NCBI GenBank assembly: GCA_043228905.1
Contig: JBHGNT010000107.1
Span: forward strand, 20,364 to 84,363
Origin: Azolla caroliniana
Taxonomy: Eukaryota > Plantae > Polypodiophyta
Direction: 5' to 3'
Length of the DNA: 64,000 nt
Positions 35,350 through 47,001 of this stretch are shown here, one piece after another. Each line of letters starts with the position of its first letter. The stretch's first letter is position 1. A program made the translations under genes and the position numbers. The notes under the pieces are model-generated. The model saw only the letters and a list, made by a program, of their open reading frames with translations, was not told the origin of the DNA and did no database searches.

Positions 35350-38300
35350 TTGTCGTGGTGGGGGAGAGAGAGAAAGGTAAAATTGTGTCACCCACAAACA
35401 AACCTTTGATTCAAAGGAACCACCCAACTCCAAGGAGCCCCCCACTCGATGGAGTTCCCAACCCTAGGGAGCCTCTGATTCTACGAGCCTTCAGCTCAAA
35501 TGAGCATTCAAGTAGAATAAATTTCTCGTAGATTGTAAGGTTGCTAATTCACATAAAAGGGGAGTTTACAAGAGGAAAACCATAAAGGGGTTCTAAGTCT
35601 TATTTTGTGGTCTTACCAAGTACACACACACATGTTTACGCGTTGTATTTGGTGAACCCAACAACAAAGAGTGGCGAGGGAGGGGAAAGATGCAAAGAGA
35701 AGACTCTGCAACCATGATGGTCATGGAGATGGACTGGTTGATGCGACAAAGAGAGGACGTGGTCGAGCTAGATAAAGCCGTATAAATGGTCATTGGAACA
35801 TTTGGTGAGTTTATTAGAAAGGATGTTTCTCACTACTTGGAGGCTTATAAAGCTAAGATTCTTATGAGAGATATTCCAAGCAATCAAAAGTGACTTTGCA
35901 AAGGGTGGTAGCGCTTAAAAGAGATGTGATGGCATGTTTAGTTATTCCAAAACACCAAGGGAGTGGGTTGTTGCGTGAGGAGAGAGAGAGAGAGAGAGTC
36001 TAGAACAATGTGTAGAAAAATGGAGAGAAAACCCTTGTTACTAAAAGTCCCTATCTTGTTATAAGAGATTTGGGCCCAATTCTTATTGCTAAGTAACTTT
36101 TAGGTCATTTGGGCATGTTCACACATAGGCAATGGCCAAAAGCTGTAAAGATAATCTAAATGCCTATAACCCCCAAATTGGGGCCAATAATATAGGAAAG
36201 ATGTGTCTAGAAAGTTCTCTGAGGGAGCTTTCGTATGAAAAGGTCAAAATATACAAAAAAGGAGAGTCCTTAGGGCCTTCATCCCCAACAACCTCCCACT
36301 TAAAGGACCAAGGAGGATCCTTTAAGCTAAGTAACTCCCATCATCTGTATACATAGTTGATGTTGTGCCTTGGGTAGACACTTTGTGAGACCATTTGAAG
36401 AATTCCGTGAAGTATTGAACTTTATCAAAGTGATTAGGTCATCCTCTAGCACTTCTCTAGTGAAGTGCTATCTCACATCAAACATTGCATTCTTTGTGTG
36501 AGCATGAAACATTGCATTCTTTGCCAAACATATGGCACTCTAGCTATCACATCCAAGAACAGATGTCTTTTTCAAGCATCCTGAACTCACTACACAAGCG
36601 GGCTAACCAAATGGCTTCTTTGGAAGCCTCGGTGGCTGATATATTCAACCTCTGTAGTAGACAATGCAACTATCCTTTGAAGTATAGAGCACCATGAAAT
36701 AGCTCCACCTACAAGGGGGTATGCATAGCCACTTGTGAAGTCAAGTGTATCCACATCACTTTCCATGTCTGAATCACAAAACCTGTTTAACTCTAATGGA
36801 CCCTTTCCATAACATAGCCATTTACCTTTGGTCCCTTTCAAATATCTCAAGATAGACTTGATTGCCTCCCAATGAGCTCTACCAAGGTTATCCATGAACC
36901 TGCTAACAACTTCGATTGCATCAGCAATTTATTGTTGAGTGGCAACCATAACATACATAAGTGAACTAGAACTTGATGCATATGGAACATTCTTCATGTA
37001 ATTAGCTGCACCATCATCTTTGGGACATTCATCCTTGGAAAACTGAAAATGTGGTTGTGGTGGTACTCACAAGAGACTTAACATCAGTCCATTAAATTTA
37101 TCCAACACTTTTTCAATGTACTTTTCTTGGGATAAATGCAAAGTATATTGATACCTATCCCTTTTTATTAACATACCAAGAATATGCTCAAGGTCCTCAA
37201 GCTCTTTCATTAAGAATGCAAAGTCAACTGTTGTATTAGACCATTAAGTATGTTGTTTTTCTTCCTAGCGAGCAACATATCATCTACATACACTACAAGA
37301 ATAATTGGGCTGCCATCTTCATCCTTTTTGGTGTACAAACAGTGGTTTGAATGACTTCTTTTGAACCCATTTTGAGCATAAATTTATCAAACTTCTTATA
37401 CCATTGCCTAAGGGCCTGTTTTAGCCCATATAAGCTCCTTTTCAACTTGCATACCAGATTCTTTTTTCCAGGCATAACATATCCTTCTATTTGTTTCATA
37501 TACGACTCTTTGTCTAAATCACCATGCAAAAAGGTTGTTTTAACATCCATTTGAAATAAATCCAAATCCAAGGCGGTTGTTAGCGCAACCAAACACTGTG
37601 TAGTCATTTTAACCACTAGAGAGAAAACCTCTTGGAAAGAGGGTTTTTAGGCATATCCCTTATCAACCAACCTTGCCTTATACTTGGGTTTGCCATCAAC
37701 AGTTTTGATTTTGTATACCCACTTGTTTGGAATGGCCTTCCAACCTTTGGGCAACTTAACCAAATCCCAAGTATCATTTGCATGGAAGGCGTTTATCTCT
37801 TCCTGCATGGCTAACTCCCACTTTTCTTCTTGTGTTACACAGTTTTGCTCGTTTACAAGTAAGAGGTTCATCCTCATCTGAAAACATAGTGTAATGTATA
37901 AAGGGGTCATATCCGTTCACTTGCCTCCTAAGATGTGTAGATCTTCTTACCCGATAATCCCCATTATTGGGTAATGGATCTACATCCCCATGCAAGCAAT
38001 ACAGAGTCCCTTTTCTTCGTACCTTTAACAATTAGCCTAGAGCCTTTGATAAGCTTTCATGACCATTTCTTAAGGAGAGTAATATATCCATGCGTATACA
38101 TTTGTTCAACAGACAATACACTTTTCTTGATGCTTGGTACATACCTTACATCATGCAAAACCAACTCATTATACCACCCACTGTGAGATGCATTGTGCCA
38201 ACACCTTCAATAGAACAAGCATGGTTGTTTACACGGTATACATGTCCATGGTTGCTTGCATGAAATGCAGTAAAACACTCCTTAATGGGAGTAACATGAA

Positions 38301-38600
38301 ATGATGCACCTGAATCCACAATGAATGTTTGTGACTGCCCATCATTCAGAGTAAGCAAGCTGTGAATTAGATCGCTCTTTGTAATCTTCATATCCTGTGC
38401 ATGAATAAAAATAGATGCACCATTAACTTCAGGATGATCTGTTGCCATAGTAACACAAAGAATATCTTCTGCATCTAAAGGCTCCTCAAATGATGACACA
38501 AGAGGCCACATTGGCCTTCTCTTTGTCCTTATCCTTATCCTACTGCATTGATAACCAATGCGAAGCACCAACAAATATAGCTTACTCAATTTATTGGAAT
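35350..38600 (-). mobile_element. Old decayed copia 'H' (PR, RT, RH remnants and 3' LTR)
   Basis: IVDSGASFHVTP (38146-38589), NKWVYKIK..YKARLV, QMDVKTTFLHG and ALSTTEVEY. PPT AAGTGGGAG, then LTR start TGTTGGGG at 36290. The left LTR end is uncertain. Confidence 0.8.
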
Positions 38601-39509
38601 TTACTGACTTGGTATAGTATTACAGCTCATGGTGTGGTGTGGTTTCCTCTATTTGGTTTACACTCCAATCTGTCAACATGCTGATGATACTCTCCATCAC
38701 AAGCAGAGCAAGAAATGGTGGACTATTATACGTACCTTTTGATTTGAAGCACTGCCAAAACACCAATTTTAGTGTAAGCATGGGTGTATCGGTTGAATCG
38801 CTGATCCAAATTTAGTGGGCAGCTAGTAGGGTAACCAAAGGTCATCTGCCACATTTACAGGCTTTCATTTCTGCTTGAAATAGGCAGGTGAGGACATGCT
38901 AGGATTTTGGAGACAGAAAAGGACATATTAGTGGAGTATGGTAGTAGCATGTTCGGTAGGCTTCCTAACCCATCAACTGCAGTATAAAGAACCATTACAA
39001 TAGCATCGTGTTCCCTTTGTTTCAGAATAAACCATACAGGAACAATACCAAGATACATTATAAGAACGGGCCTGCGTTTCAGTTTGAGAAAAGGTCGTAT
39101 GAGGGGAGCAGTCTCATGTTCCCTTTGTTTCATAACGCAGACATGATAGTACAAGTATACATTCCGAGGGCTCGCAAGAATCTGAGGTTGGGAACAGCAG
39201 ATGATAGGAGAGTAGTATTGAGTTCTCTTCCTTCCCTAACCCATCAATGCCATTACCAACATACATTAAAAGAAATGTACCAGAATTTCATTCATGCATT
39301 GGATTTTGATCCGAATTTGGAGATCCATCCTCAACTCCAAAGTTGTGTTTTGTACAGGTGTAGCATTCAGTGTGCCTAGTACACACACAATGGACGATGC
39401 TAGTTCTGCTACTTGCAATATGGCATGTCCAACAGTCAAGGCTGGGGAATGTTTTGTTTAAACCATAGACAGTGGTATGACATTCCCTTGATGTCCTAGC
39501 AAACCCATA

Positions 39510-39854
39510 TATGCCAGTAGAACATACATTACAAGTGCATACCAGAATTCCAGGCCAGGCAAAGGCAATCGCAGTAAAGTGGTATCCTGTTCCTTTTCTT
39601 TCGTTGGCCATACACCAAGAGAGTGGTACCAGGTTCCCTTGGTTTCCCATACATTCCAATACAACATACATTACAAGAGCATGCCAGAATTCCAAGCCAA
39701 GGAAAGGCAATTAAAGGAATGTGGTATCCTGTTCCTTCTCATTCCTAGCACATACACCAAAGAGAGAGGTACCAGGGTCCCTTGTTTTCCCATACATTCC
39801 AGTACAACATACATTACAAGAGCCTGCCAGTAATCCAAGGCTCAAGCCAAGGAG
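39510..39854. repeat. Degenerate tandem repeat of about 140 bp (about 2.5 units)
   Basis: ACATACATTACAAG..CCAG recurs at about 39522, 39664 and 39806. GTGGTATCCTGTTCC recurs at about 39578 and 39721. Confidence 0.75.
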
Positions 39855-40174
39855 AGGCCATCCCAGAGACTTTGTTCCTTTACTTTTTACTAGCACATAT
39901 ATTGATATCACAGAAACAGCCTTTACATTCCATTTCGATTGGTGCAATTTTTGCAAATTAAACTGAATCATTTACTGACAAACAAAAAAGGAGAACTCAT
40001 CAGATCGCTCTTCTGAGGCCATCCCAGGAACTTTGTTCCATTTCTTTTTACTAGCACATACATCGATATTACACAAACAGCCTCCATTTCGATTGGTGCA
40101 ATTTTTGCAAAATTAAACCGAATCATTTACTTACTAACAAACAAAAAAGTAGAACTCGTCAGATCGCGCATCTG
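39855..40174. repeat. Tandem duplication of about 160 bp including the U3 3' end and terminator
   Basis: AGGCCATCCCAG..AAACAAAAAAG.AGAACTC.TCAGATCGC occurs at 39855-40015 and 40016-40174. Confidence 0.85.
40143..40148 (-). terminator. Pol III T6 terminator of U3
   Basis: A6 on the plus strand, 5 nt beyond the U3 3' end. Confidence 0.75.
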
Positions 40175-40393
40175 CCTTCACTGCAGGTGGGAATTATGCA
40201 CACACACTGCAGGACGGTCATCAACAGCCTCCTTGTTCATCTCGCGAGGAGGGAGGAGACTTGACTGTATTCACGCTCTAGCAGGTGAGCGCAAATGGCT
40301 TCATCTTCCGAGTAGTGCAGGCATTGTCTGAGCAGAGAATTGCTCACACAAGAGGTACGAACTATAGAACAGATCCTGTTCAAGTATAGTCGT
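40154..40393 (-). ncRNA. U3: U3 snoRNA, apparently intact
   Basis: Minus strand reads ACGACTATACTTGAACAGGATCTGTTCTATAG (GAC, A', A), then box C' GAAGATGA, box B AGAGCGTGA, box C TGATGA and box D CTGA. Terminal stem ACTCG/CGAGT; about 240 nt. Confidence 0.93.
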
Positions 40394-40417
40394 GATTGAA
40401 AGGCCCTACTCATGTCT

Positions 40418-40460
40418 TATATAAAAGCTTCAATTTCATGGATGCCTTTATATGTGGGAT
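40418..40460 (-). promoter_or_regulatory. USE plus TATA Pol III promoter of U3 copy 2
   Basis: Minus strand ATCCCACATAT (40450-40460) and TTTATATA (40418-40425), with a 24-nt spacer. Confidence 0.88.
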
Positions 40461-40714
40461 TAAACCCAATAGCATCTTCAACTAGATCCATTCTATTCTT
40501 CACATGCATTGCTAGCACCAAGCACTTCGATGTATGTACATATAGATCCAAGATCCATCAACGACCAATATTAGTATATATTGTTAAAGAATTATGGTTT
40601 TGTGCCTCCCAAGTTCCCAATTGCTTTGTACACTTCCTTGAGAGAGATTTGTTGTCAATGTGCAACATTCAGCTCTTTAGGGGGGTGTCTTAGTGTATGA
40701 TAGGTCCTCGGTGC

Positions 40715-41208
40715 TAACAATTGGCACCGGTTCGGTTTGAGAGGGTCCAAACCGAATGCAACCGAACCGTTTAAAATTTATGAAACCTGAACCAAACCAA
40801 ACCAAACCGGTAATCATTTTTCGAACCGTTAAACCATTAAACCGTAAAAACCGCGGTTTCGTGGTTCGGTTTTGGTTTTCAACACAAGTCAAATTTTTAA
40901 TTTTTAATTTATAAGTTTTTAAATTTTATAATATTTCAGTTTTTTAATATTTTAAAATTTTTAAGATGTTCCTAAAATGTGAGAATAAGGTCTAAAATGA
41001 AAAGATTGTTTAAAAACAATTTTTTAAATTTTTTAGAATTTTTTTTATAATTTAAAAAAAAAATTTAATAAAAAATAAAAAACCATTAAACCGTTTAAAC
41101 CGCGGTTTTTTACTGTTGATACCGAACCGAACCGTTGAAACCGTTAAGCCGTTAAACCTTGGTTTTGGCGGTTCGGTTCGGTTCAAACCGAATCGTTGCC
41201 AATTGTTA
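40715..41208. mobile_element. hAT-type MITE
   Basis: TIRs TAACAATTGGCACCGGTTCGGTTTGA and TCAAACCGAATCGTTGCCAATTGTTA; 8-bp TSD CTCGGTGC (40707-40714, 41209-41216); subterminal AACCG motifs; AT-rich core. Confidence 0.93.
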
Positions 41209-42275
41209 CTCGGTGCCTAGGATTTTCTCTCCCGACATTTATTTTGTTAGCACGGTCTTGGGGAAATGCTCATATCTCCAAAATTGAGAAATGTCAGAAT
41301 TGAGGAAATTTATCAGATGATTACATCTTAAAACGATGTGTCATCTTAGATATAACTAGGGTGTTTTGGGTTCATGTTGCTTTTCTTCATGTCAAAGTAG
41401 AGTGGTGTATTCTTGAAACCACCCCTAGGTGAGTAGGTAATCCCTCATTTTGTTTGTTGATGAGTTCTCTAGCCATTTTGTCATCCTTGAATTGGGTGTA
41501 GGACTAAGGTAGTGTGATGTGATGTTTTTTTAGATTGCATTTTCAGTGGCTTTCACTTTCTTCATGTCACTATTTCCATCCCTTGCTCATGTTGGTATAT
41601 ATTTGTGTGTGACCTATATGTTGGGCTCGGGTAACCATATTTGCTCTTATTTGCGACGAAACAATTGTTCATAAGCTTGCGCTAACTTTCTTTTTCTTTT
41701 TAGGTCACTAGATGTTCTCATCCATAATCAAGGGAAGAAGCATCACATTGGAACTATGCGATGAGGTATTGTACTTGTTGGTTAGAGGAGGTGGAGGGTA
41801 TTCCGAGCAATGGCATGCCATTTAATTATATCGAGGTTGATTTGTTGTACAATTACAATACTCTTGCTTGGTGGGGCATTCACTAACCATATTGGGGTAG
41901 TACCGTCTCATAATCTTCCATATGATTTTCACAAAGTTTTGGCATCCATCTTCATTTTTTTCTTCATCCAAGAACCTTTCATTTGATGTCATGAAAACTA
42001 TTGTCTGGGTATGATTAATCTGCAAGACCATTGGAGCCTTGGATCGGAAGGAACCAAGGAAATGTTGTCGTGATGTGGGGAGCTCATGAGTGGGAATATA
42101 TCAAACTTAGGATGTATAGGAAATCAAATGACAGAGCAAAGATATGACTTGACGGACATGAGACAAGATGAACTTAACCATAATAAAAGGCGTAGCTTAA
42201 TCTTCAATAGCTTACAGTATCAATGAAATGTAAGGGGTTTGAGTATTGTCTCGATGAGGGGACAAGCGAACTTCA

Positions 42276-42727
42276 ATGGAACAAACCAAAGGAATGTGAA
42301 TGGATGGACATGGTGATTGACATTTTTCTCACACCAAGCATTCGAGGAAGATAAGTGAAGGTGCATGCTAAAAAGTGAGATTCTATTGTCATTTTTTGAA
42401 GAGCCCTAGAGGCAAAAAAAAAAAAAAGAAGGAGAGGAGAGTCATTATCAAAGGAGGCTTGAAATTTGTCCAAGGCAGAAGAACTACTCAATTAAAATTT
42501 GATGGAACAAACCAAAGGAATGTGAATGGATGGACATGGTGATTGACATTTTTCTCACACCAAGCATTCGAGGAAGATAAGTGAAGGTGCATGCTAAAAA
42601 GTGAGATTCTATTGTCATTTTTTGAAGAGCCCTAGAGGCAAAAAAAAAAAAAAGAAGGAGAGGAGAGTCATTATCAAAGGAGGCTTGAAATTTGTCCAAG
42701 GCAGAAGAACTACTCAATTAAAATTTG
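42276..42727. repeat. Apparently perfect 226-bp tandem duplication
   Basis: 42276-42501 equals 42502-42727, with ATG microhomology at the junction. Confidence 0.93.
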
Positions 42728-42832
42728 ATGATCACTTAAACTCAAATGAAACATTCATATACCCAAGGAAATATTAATTAGATTCAATGTTCTTTTCACA
42801 ATTGTTTATTGGCTTGAGGGTAAGATAACCAC

Positions 42833-42837
<5 letters not shown>

Positions 42838-42893
<56 letters not shown>
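42838..42893. repeat. (TC)n microsatellite
   Basis: About 28 units. Confidence 0.95.
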
Positions 42894-42898
<5 letters not shown>

Positions 42899-43099
42899 TG
42901 ATACATTTCTACACGTTCCTGTAGTTTCTGAACAATAAGATCTCACTTCCATGTTTTTTAGAACTTTCTTTACTTCAGATATGTGCATGAGTTGCACTTA
43001 GTTTAACTAAATATTTGACTATTATCTAAATAGTTACAATATGTCAACGGTACAAAGAACAGTAGCAATGATTCTGGTCAATGTAACTAGCACTTCTCT

Positions 43100-43173
43100 T
43101 GTCCAAACGTCAACTGAAATCGAAGACCTCTAATGTGTTAGAGTAGCTTGAAAATCAACTACACCATCTAAAC
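43100..43173 (-). pseudogene. tRNA-Val(AAC) pseudogene
   Basis: Minus strand GTTTAGATGGTGTAGTTGATTTTCAAGCTACTCTAACACATTAGAGGTC..TTGGACA. D and T arms are damaged. Confidence 0.7.
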
Positions 43174-43332
43174 ATATCAACGATATATATTTGTGTATCT
43201 AAATTGATCGTGGTGTAATAACAAGGTAGGATCCATTGAACAAAAGACAGTTCTTAGCTGAATCTCAATATATCATTTATTTACAAAAGAATTGTTTAGA
43301 ACATGTTCCGCGTTGTAACTAGCCACTTTATT

Positions 43333-43404
43333 TGTCCAAATCCAAACTTGACCTAGAGACCTCTAGTGTGTAAGACTAGCGTGATAACCAACTACACTTC
43401 ATGG
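43333..43404 (-). pseudogene. tRNA-Val(TAC) pseudogene
   Basis: Minus strand GTGTAGTTGGTTATCACG CTAGT CT-TAC-AC ACTAG AGGTC. Acceptor stem and T loop are damaged. Confidence 0.75.
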
Positions 43405-43654
43405 TTTCAAATGAATTTGTTACTTTGATTGAACCAATGTCACAACTACATGGGCATCACGAGTTTCCATTTTAGTGGCATTTAGCTCAAACAAGTCTCT
43501 AGATAGAAACACATAGCACTAATTGACGCAAGAAATGAAGATGTCGATTTTCTTGACTTAAGGTACATGCATGACTTCCAGTTAGTTTCACTAAATATAT
43601 TGTGCATAAAGACAGATACCAATTCTTCTACTCATTCTAAATAGAATCTTTTCT

Positions 43655-43730
43655 TGTCCAAACCTTGGGACTTGAACCAAAGACCTCTAGTGTGTTAAAC
43701 TAGCGTGGTAACCAACTACACCATCTAGAC
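43655..43730 (-). tRNA. tRNA-Val(AAC)-like gene, probably a pseudogene
   Basis: Minus strand GTCTAGA TG GTGTAGTTGGTTACCACG CTAGT TT-AAC-AC ACTAG AGGTC TTTGGTTCAAGTCCCAAGG TTTGGAC A. Plant tRNA-Val body, imperfect T stem, no adjacent T-run. Confidence 0.75.
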
Positions 43731-43835
43731 ATATCATTGATAATGATTCATTAACTAGCTTGGATATATGAATAAAAGACTATTCTCAGAAGAAATTCCA
43801 TATGTTACTTTGGAAAAGAATAAGTTAAAGCATGT

Positions 43836-46258
43836 GATCGGATGGCAGAAAAGAATACTTTTCCGGCCTATTCAACAATTATCTACAGGAAAAGCAAATT
43901 CGGAGAGAATTTAGCTGCCTATATACGCCGAAGCAAAACGGAGTTGCCGAGAGGAAAAACTGGTTGATTGTGGAGCTGGCACATGCAATGTTGGAAGAGA
44001 AGAGCATGCCCAAGTTCTACTAGGCCGACGCAGTCCGGACGACGGGACAAGATATGAGCACATGAACTGTATTTTGGGCAGAAGCCAAATTAAGGGCACC
44101 TTACGGTATTCGGCAACATTCCCTATGTGCATGTGCCGGATGCGAAGCAGAGGAAGTTGGGTCGGAGTTAGAGAAGTGCATACAAGTCGGCTACTCTCAT
44201 GAGCAAAAGGGGTACAAGTGTTACAATCCTCGGACAAAGAAAGTTCGAGTACGCTGAGATGTCGAATTTGACGAGTCGGCATCTTGGTACTCTCTTCCAA
44301 CACCGACCCAACTCCAGAAGATGAGGCCAGTGAGCCTAAAATGATCCGGGCAGAAGAAGAAGAAGAAGAGTTCGGTACTCTAGACGAGAGTTTGATCTCA
44401 TTTCGGCTGAGTGAGCCAAACGAGCAACTGAGTCGGAATGACCAGTCGGAAAAAGAGTTGGCAAATAGTGGAGACTAAGTTGTTCTCTCCCCATGCAAGG
44501 ATTCAAGGAGAAGGTTCACTCACAAAGAGAAGGGGAAGAAGAAGATGTCAAAATATGACACCCGTAGAGAAGAGGCGGATCGGAGTGATCCATACCCCCC
44601 ACGACATATTGTTATCTCAACAACATTATGTGTTGAATGTGCTATACAAGTTCGACATGACCGACTACCGACCGATCTCGACACCCCTGGACTAGAATCT
44701 CAAGCTACGTCCCGACTCCGGACTGGCCTGCAACGAGAAATGGTTCCGACAAATTGTCGAAAGCCTAATACATCTTACTATCACCCATCCCCACATTAGC
44801 CTCGATAGCACCCCGATATTCAACCGGACCCGACATCAACTATTCGGTCGGGGTGATAAGTCAATTTATGTAGAAGCCGACCGTGGAGCACCTTCAATGT
44901 GCACATCAAATACTTAGGTATGTTAGCAACACTAAGGATTGGGGACTGTTGTATCGACATGGTACAACCGAAAAGCTAGTCGGTTATACGGATGCTGACT
45001 ACACCTGTGACGTGTCAGATCGTCGGTCCACTTCCGGTTACATGTTTTCTTTGGGTAGCACAATTGTTGCGTGGAACAACAAAAATCAGCCGACAGTGTC
45101 TCTATTGCTGAATATTAGGGCACTACCATCGCCACCTGCGAAGCCATCTGGCTTCGGCGGCTGCTGCAAGATCTCCGGATCAAAGTACCGACTCCGATCC
45201 CGATCTATTGCAACAACATGAGTAGCATGCATCTGGCCAAGAACCCCATGTTCCATGCTCGGATGAAGAACATAAAAGTGCATTATCACTTTGTGCCTGA
45301 GAGGGTCCTCAGCAGTGAAATCGAACTTCAATATGTTTGGACAGATCAACAAGTTGCCAACATCTTCACCAAGGCACTTGGGACCGACAAGTTGTAACAA
45401 AAAAAGAATTTTCAGAGATGTTTGGGCGACAACATCTTGACATGCCACACTTGAATGGGAGAACTAGTGTGGGTATGTGGAGAACCAGAACCAGAACAGA
45501 ATTCGGGAAAACAGGTAATGGCACCTGGCAAGTAGCCAGAGACACGGAAACCGAAACAAGGGGAGACAAGAAGAAAAAGGAAGCCGGGTCGACTGAAGAA
45601 GTCAACACATCCGAACAAGTCAGAACGAGCGGCGACGAGGCAGAGTTAATAAGGATCGAGCTGATCAGAAAAAGAGGGCCAAGACTTGGACATGGTCTGA
45701 TGTGGTGAAGGGCCTAAAGATTGAGGATGAATTGGAGACAACCCATTTGGACAAGAGCTAAAACGAATCGGAGGTGTCTGATTTGGAGGAGCCGAATCAA
45801 CTCAAGGCCAAGCAGACAAGAAGGCAGCATAAGTCAACACTGACACAGAGGAACCAACGGGTCGAGAAGCGCCGAGGTCACAACAGTGAAGGAGCTGAGA
45901 TGAGCCTATTGAGCAGACAAGCCGACTGAGAAGGTCGAGGAGTGCAGAACCAGATGGGTCATGGGAAGCGGGACCGGATGGGATAAGGAGCGCGAGCAAG
46001 CTGGGAGGACGCCAGGAGGAACCGGAGGAAAGGACCGGTGAACACTGACACCACGATCCGACCTCAAGTTGAGTCCTTTTAAGGACTCGTATAAAAAATG
46101 TTCTATCGGACATTTGTATGTATAGAATGATATTTTGAAATTGAGGTTTATGTTGTATTCTTTGTGTGATTAAGCTTTCCATTAAAATTGTGCATATTCT
46201 CTGTTGTTATCCGGTGAAGCCAGTTTCGTCTACAAGCTTTTGCATGCAATTCTTTTCA
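43836..46258 (+). mobile_element. Decayed copia G 3' part (IN, partly deleted RT, RH, extension, truncated 3' LTR)
   Basis: SDG.KEYF, LVGYTDAD..DRRSTSGY, KNPMFHAR and ANIFTKAL motifs. LTR part 46076-46258 ends TTTTCA. Confidence 0.85.
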
Positions 46259-47001
46259 TTTCCCCACGTTCTCTGGTCACTCACCTCGTCGTGACCCGTC
46301 GGTAACCTATAGGAATTCTCTGCTCACCGTGTCCTCCCTGCATCGACCTCAGCTTGTTTTTTTGCGTTTGCTCCCTTGTTCCCTCTGCAACCACCTTTGC
46401 TTGTTTTGTTCCCTCCTTCAATGACCTATGCTCATTGTGCTTCTTTGCTTTCGACCTGTGCTCATTGTGTCCCCCCTACAACAACCTCTACAACCAGTAC
46501 AACATCTGGGTCTCCTCCTGCTTTAGGCTTTGTTTCATGTTCTGCATTTGCTTGAATATTGTACATGTTGACATATGGAAAGAGGGTGCTATGATGATAT
46601 GATGCTATGTTCTTGTTGATGAAGTTAAATGATCTTGTTCTTGTCTGTCTGTTGTTGTTTGTGTTTTTCTCCTCTATTCATTTGAGAGTCCTGTACATGC
46701 ATATGCTTGAATCTTCTACAGGTTCAAATATGGAAAGGGGGTCCTATGATGATATGATGCTCTTCTTCTTCTTGTTCTATATATTCACAACATGTTCTTG
46801 TTGAGTATGTTTATTGTTGTTTTCTCTGTTTGTTGCTCTTATTGTTCTTGTTTTCCTGTAGTGTTCATTTGAGAGTCAACTTCTTGCAGTTGTTGTTGTT
46901 GTTGTGTTATTGTGCCTAATTTAGTATTGTTATGATGACATATGCATGATGTGTATTGGGGGTTAATATTATGTTGTGGTATTATTATCTTTTGACATTT
47001 T

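Noticed and set aside
35780-35885. Short gag-like fragment (KDVSHYLEAYKAKILMRDIP) similar to the frame at positions 1-45
   Set aside because: Too short and decayed to delimit an element; treated as E-family debris.
39008-39971. Short ORFs (123-140 aa) as host genes
   Set aside because: They largely derive from degenerate tandem repeats and show no recognisable domain or exon structure.
11282-46258. One giant copia G element enclosing U3 and the tRNAs
   Set aside because: No TSD match, and the nest is broken by truncation junctions at about 27890 and 43836.
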